Under the pieces are notes generated by a model. That model worked only from the letters and a program-made list of their open reading frames with translations. It made no database searches and had not been told where the DNA came from. Positions 58,671 to 64,000 of a stretch of DNA of 64,000 bases are shown one piece after another. Both the position numbers and the translations under genes were made by a program. Origin of the DNA: Eledone cirrhosa (lineage: Eukaryota); contig OZ024765.1 in the NCBI GenBank assembly GCA_964016885.1, positions 14,756,001 to 14,820,000 of the forward strand. The letters run 5' to 3'. Within the stretch, counting starts at the first letter, position 1; each line of letters opens with the position of its first letter.

Positions 58671-58898
58671 TTTCCTTCGGTTGCAACGTTTTTCGAAATA
58701 TTTACTTCTGCGTTCACAGATTGATTTTTTTAGTTTCACTAGATCCCGTTAAGGGTGAAAGCAGCGATTCTTTGCTTAAACTTTAATCTGTTATTTTAAT
58801 GAATATTTGCTCTACGGTTCTTATATATTTGATATATATTTATCCTTATCGAGCCCTCTTTGGATTCTAGTCTTCACTTCACATTTATTATTATTACT

Positions 58899-59019
<121 letters not shown>

Positions 59020-59138
59020 GGTATTTTTGTATGTATATATATATATATATGTTTGTGTGTGTCTATGTATGTGTAATATATGTGTATGTACATATATATG
59101 TATATACATGTACATACACATTTATATGCACACACAAC

Positions 59139-59184
<46 letters not shown>

Positions 59185-59234
59185 GCATACAGATACATAC
59201 GTATAAAAACACACACACATAGTTATGAAGTTCC

Positions 59235-59325
59235 GGCTATGACGTAAGATATAACAGAAAGTATTCATTACGTAGGCGCCTCTGTTTATTTCACGTGACT
59301 TTTGTTGTCGACGTCACGTGGTTTC
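59235..59325. promoter_or_regulatory. Candidate promoter/enhancer motif cluster (CRE-like and E-box)
   Basis: TGACGTAA 59240, TTACGTA 59268, TCACGTGAC 59291, GACGTCACGTGG 59310 in a CpG-retaining unique island. ETS-like CCGGAAGTG at 59889. Confidence 0.3.
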
Positions 59326-59705
59326 AGACGCCAGCGACAAAAGAAACAATGCCTGTTTTCTAACTTCAACGAACTTCGATGCCGCGGTGACATGAAACGT
59401 GGGTAAAATCTCACCCCCCGACCCCCAAGAAAGTCTGTGCCATCTCCTCTCTTCAAATCCCAGTTAACTAGTTTTTCGAAACTGAAGTCCCTTTTGATAA
59501 CGCAAAGGAAACAGTGCTATATATATAGGACTGGTTTCATGTGGCTGGGTTCACAGATCGCAGTTTTCAATTTGTCAAGCTTTCTAACGTATGTATTACT
59601 CTAAGGTGACACGACCTTATCGAATGCTTCACTGCACATTCCTGATTGTATATCGTTAGCTTAGCCACTGCCAAAAAACTTCGATTTTACTAGACTTCCA
59701 TTTGC

Positions 59706-59737
<32 letters not shown>

Positions 59738-60414
59738 ATATATATTTATATCCACACGATATGCTATATATAAACCATACATGTATATATATATAGACAT
59801 ACGATATACATGGATTACAGAGTTAAAAAATAAACATGGATGTGTAAAAAACTGAGATCTTTTATCCTCAAATCGCAGAATACTATCTCCGGAAGTGAGA
59901 GGATATTTCGAGAAGGTAGTAGCAATATTTCTATATTACTTACATACAATATACATAGTATATACATGGTATATACCTACTATATACATAGTATAAACAT
60001 ACCATATACATAGTATAAACATACCATATACATAGTATATACATAGTATATACATAGTATATACATAGTATATACATACTATATACATAGTATAAACATA
60101 CCATATACATAGTATATACATAGTATATACATAGTATATACATAATATATACATAGTATATACATACTATATACATACTATATATATATGGGATAAAGAA
60201 AAAAGACAATTCTGGTGAACACATACTATATAAATCGTGGTTACGTCACCTGCTTCTTATCATTTCCGATTTTCACAGCTTTACAGTTGGAATCTGACAT
60301 CGCGGTAGAAAACGTTAACAACAACAACAACAACAACAACAGCTGCAACAACAGCAACAACAACAACAACATCTGCAACAACAGCAACAGCACCAACAAC
60401 AACACCAACAATAA

Positions 60415-60570
60415 ACTCGTCCTCCTTATCCAAACACTACTACTACTACTACTACTACTGCTGCTGCTGCAACTAGTTGTACTACCACCACCACCACTAC
60501 TACTACTACCAGTACTACTACTGCTACTGCTGCTACTACTACTACTGGTACTAGTAGTACTACCAGTACG

Positions 60571-60644
<74 letters not shown>

Positions 60645-63600
60645 GGTACGGTCTGGCCTCAAGCTGGCAAAACCAAATCCATCATCAGTTAAATTTCCAC
60701 CGAAGACAGAACGAATAACATCGGGCGCGTCTAACTTAACATCGGCAGGGTCTCCATCAAAAAAGGGAAAATCAAATCGAGATCAATCACCGTCTACTAT
60801 ACCACGTAGTGGAAAATCACCGACTGGAAAATCAAATCGAGATCAATCACCGTCTACCATACCACGTAGTGGAAAATCACCGACTGGAAAATCAAATCGA
60901 GATCAATCACCGTCTACCATACCACGTAGTGGAAAATCACCGACTGGAAAATCAAATCGAGATCAATCACCGTCTATCACACGAAGTAGTGAAAAATCAC
61001 CGGCTGGAAAATCAAAACAGGACCAATCACTGTCTATCACACCAAGTAGAATAAAATCACCGACTGGAAAATCAAATCGAGATCAATCACCGTCTATCAC
61101 ACGAAGTAGTGAAAAATCACCGGCTGGAAAATCAAAACAGGACCAATCACCGTCTATCACACCAAGTAGAATAAAATCACCGACTGGAAAATCAAATCGA
61201 GATCAATCACCGTCTATCACACCAAGTAGAGTAAAATCACCGACTGGAAAATCAAATCGAGATCAATCACCGTCTATCACATCAAGTAGTGGAAAATCAC
61301 CGGCTGGAAAATCAAAACAGGACCAATCACCGTCTATCACACGAAGTAGTGGAAAATCACCGGCTGGAAAATCAAAACAGGACCAATCACCGTCTATCAC
61401 ACCAAGTAGAATAAAATCACCGACTGGAAAATCAAATCGAGATCAATCACCGTCTATCACACCAAGTAGAGTAAAATCACCGACTGGAAAATCAAATCGA
61501 GATCAATCACCGTCTATCACATCAAGTAGTGGAAAATCACCGGCTGGAAAATCAAATCGAGATCAATCACCGTCTATCACACCAAGTAGTGGAAAATCAC
61601 CGGCTGGAAAATCAAAACAGGACCAATCACCGTCTATCACACGAAGTAGTGGAAAATCACCGGCTGGAAAATCAAAACAGGACCAATCACCGTCTACCAC
61701 ACCAAGTAGTGGAAAATCACCGGCTGGAAAATCAAAACAGGACCAATCACCGTCTACCACACGAAGTAGTGGAAAATCACCGGCTGGAAAATCAAATCGA
61801 GATCAATCACCGTCTATCACACCAAGTAGTGGAAAATCACCAGCTGGAAAATCAAAACAGGACCAATCACCGTCTACCACATCAAGTAGTGGAAAATCAC
61901 CGGCTGGAAAATTAAGATTAGGGCCATCACCGTCTGCAATAACACTAAGGGTTCCATCACCGTTAGCGTATGTACAAAAAAGAGCATCCTCACCAGCGTT
62001 AGTGTCTTCTGTAAGAGAAGGAACACCATCGGTAGTAGGCGCTTCATTAACTGAAAACACACAATCAGTAAGGGACCCTAAAAGAGGATCGGGGACATCT
62101 ACGATACGAGAATCTTCACCAATAGCAAGCACACAAGAACCTAGAGTATCTACATTAGCAACAGACAGGTCCACAATCTCTAAACCAAGTAAACAAAGAG
62201 AATCAGAAGATTCTACAAAAGGAGCAAGAAAGCCCCCAGCAACAGCGTCTACGAGATCATCAGCAGCAGAAGCGGGGTTTACAGCTTCAAGACCACCACC
62301 ATCATCAGCAGAAGCGAGGTTTACAGCTTCAAGACCACCACCATCATCAGCAGAAGCGGGGTTTACAGCTTCAAGACCACCACCATCATCAGCAGAAGCG
62401 AGGTTTACAGCTTCAAGACCACCATCATCATCAGCAGAAGCGGGGTTTACAGCTTCAAGACCACCGCCATCATCAGCAGAAGCGGGGTTTACAGCTTCAA
62501 GACAACCACCATCATCAGCACAAGCGGGGTTTACAGCTTCAAGACCACCGCCATCATCAGCAGAAGCGGGGTTTACAGCTTCAAGACAACCACCATCATC
62601 AGCACAAGCAGGGTTTACAGCTTCAAGACCACCGCCATCATCAGCAGAAGCGGGGTTTACAGCTTCAAGACAACCACCATCATCAGCACAAGCAGGGTTT
62701 ACAGCTTCAAGACCACCACCATCATCAGCAGAAGCGAGGTTTACAGCTTCAAGACAACCACCATCATCAGCAGAAGCAGGGTTTACAGCATCAAGACAAC
62801 CACCATCATCAGCAGAAGCAGGGTTTACAGCATCAAGACAACCACCCTCATCAGCACAAGCAGGGTTTACAGCTTCAAGACAACCACCCTCAACAGCACA
62901 AGCAGGGTTTACAGCTTCAAGACAACCACCGTCAACAGCACAAGCAGGGTTTACAGCTTCAAGACAACCACCATCAACAGCACAAGCAGGGTTTACATCA
63001 TTAAGACCACCAAGAGTAATAGTAACAGCGGCAGCTTCAGCATCAGCATCACAGTTTTTTGGACCAATAGCAACAGCGGAAGCAATAGTAGGGTCTTTAG
63101 CAGTAGGACCATCATCAGCAGTACCGTTTGCAACACAACCAGCAAAAAAACCATCTCTAGAAACGACTATTTCAATAGCAACACCACCAACGGAAACGAA
63201 CCCAACAGCAGCAAGGACAACAACAGCAAGACAAATACCTATAGATACGGGTACTTCAATATACAGATCACCAATACAAGCGACTACAATAACAGAAAGA
63301 AGAACATCTATAGATCGGTTTACTTCAATAGGTACGTCGCCGATAACATCACCTCCAAGTACGCCAGCAGACATAAGAGCATTTATAGATGCGAATATTT
63401 CAACACCAAGATCGATAACACAAGAGACTACAAGAGGAAGGCCATTACCGTTTAGTACAGGAATACCATTAACAGCATCGACTGATACGGTGATAGCAGC
63501 GCCTGGTATTATATCAGTAACAACAACAACGGCACCCACTTTAGACACACTATCAGCAGCACGAAGCGGGGAAATTATAATATCAACACAAACAGTATCA

Positions 63601-63930
63601 ACAACACCGGCCATAATAGCAACTGGAGTGAAATTAACTAGCGCTGGGGAGGTAACAGTGACAGCAATAACAACACCAACAACACCATCAGGACCAGCCC
63701 TTACAACGATATCACCACTGACTGCAACTCCAATGAGAGAAGGGTTACCAGGAGCTACCCTAGCAAATAAACCATTAACAACAGCCTGGTCACCATCTAC
63801 AATACAGCAAACGAACCCATCACAGGCTCCAATATCAACATTACCACCACCAGGAACAGCAATAGTAACATCAACAACAATAACAATAGCAACAAGAAAC
63901 AGGGGGAACGAAGCAGGCAGGAAAACATAG
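60415..63930 (+). CDS. Large exon-like open frame (1171 codons) for a Ser/Thr/Pro-rich, repeat-containing disordered protein; true boundaries unknown
   Basis: Frame +1 is stop-free from after TAA 60412-60414 to TAG 63928-63930. It includes the 60-bp and 42-bp repeat blocks and non-repetitive stretches. The other plus frame shown in the track hits stops in the 60-bp block. Candidate acceptor TTTTCACAG ends at 60278. Confidence 0.6.
60766..61911 (+). repeat. 60-bp coding tandem repeat, ~19 copies (GKSNRDQSPSITPSSGKSPA-like)
   Basis: Exact 60-bp period (units align line by line), no indels, open in frame +1. Confidence 0.9.
62259..63012 (+). repeat. 42-bp coding tandem repeat, ~18 copies (SSAEAGFTASRPPP-like)
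   Basis: Visible in the translation of ORF 62002-63930. Confidence 0.9.
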
Positions 63931-64000
63931 AGCACCAACAGTTGCTGCAACAGTAACGACATCAACTGCAGCTACAACAACGGCAACAACAACAGCAACA

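Noticed and set aside
61803-63965. 720-aa minus-strand ORF
   Set aside because: It is the shadow of the plus ORF: A-rich third positions suppress stops in this frame, and it ends inside the 60-bp block while the plus frame stays open. Not fully excluded without stranded RNA data.

Overview
This is animal (eukaryotic) genomic DNA, most likely a coleoid cephalopod such as octopus; that is inferred from the SINE families and the extreme microsatellite load, not from a search. Most of the window is simple repeat ((TA)n, (CA)n, (GA)n, (GGT/GTT)n, (CAT)n, (TAA)n, (GAA)n), so nearly all ORF-track entries are artefacts. Between the repeats lie: many tRNA-derived SINE copies, fragments of RTE, Tx1/L1-like and R4/Dong-like LINEs, a hAT-Charlie-type MITE with TSD, a fold-back MITE, a Penelope-like (PLE) GIY-YIG remnant, several minisatellites and a 200-N scaffold gap. 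The most notable signal is a set of short, (TA)n-embedded, inversion-bearing PLE-type termini from at least four families. They carry hand-foldable type I hammerhead ribozyme motifs with compensatory changes between copies, include a 320-bp inverted repeat, and share a GAGTRC motif about 50-70 nt from their 3' ends. The only convincing host coding candidate is a 3.5-kb open frame (60415-63930, +) for a Ser/Thr/Pro-rich protein with about 19 KSP-containing 20-aa repeats and about 18 14-aa repeats; the ORF track captured it only in part. All alignments and folds were done by eye.
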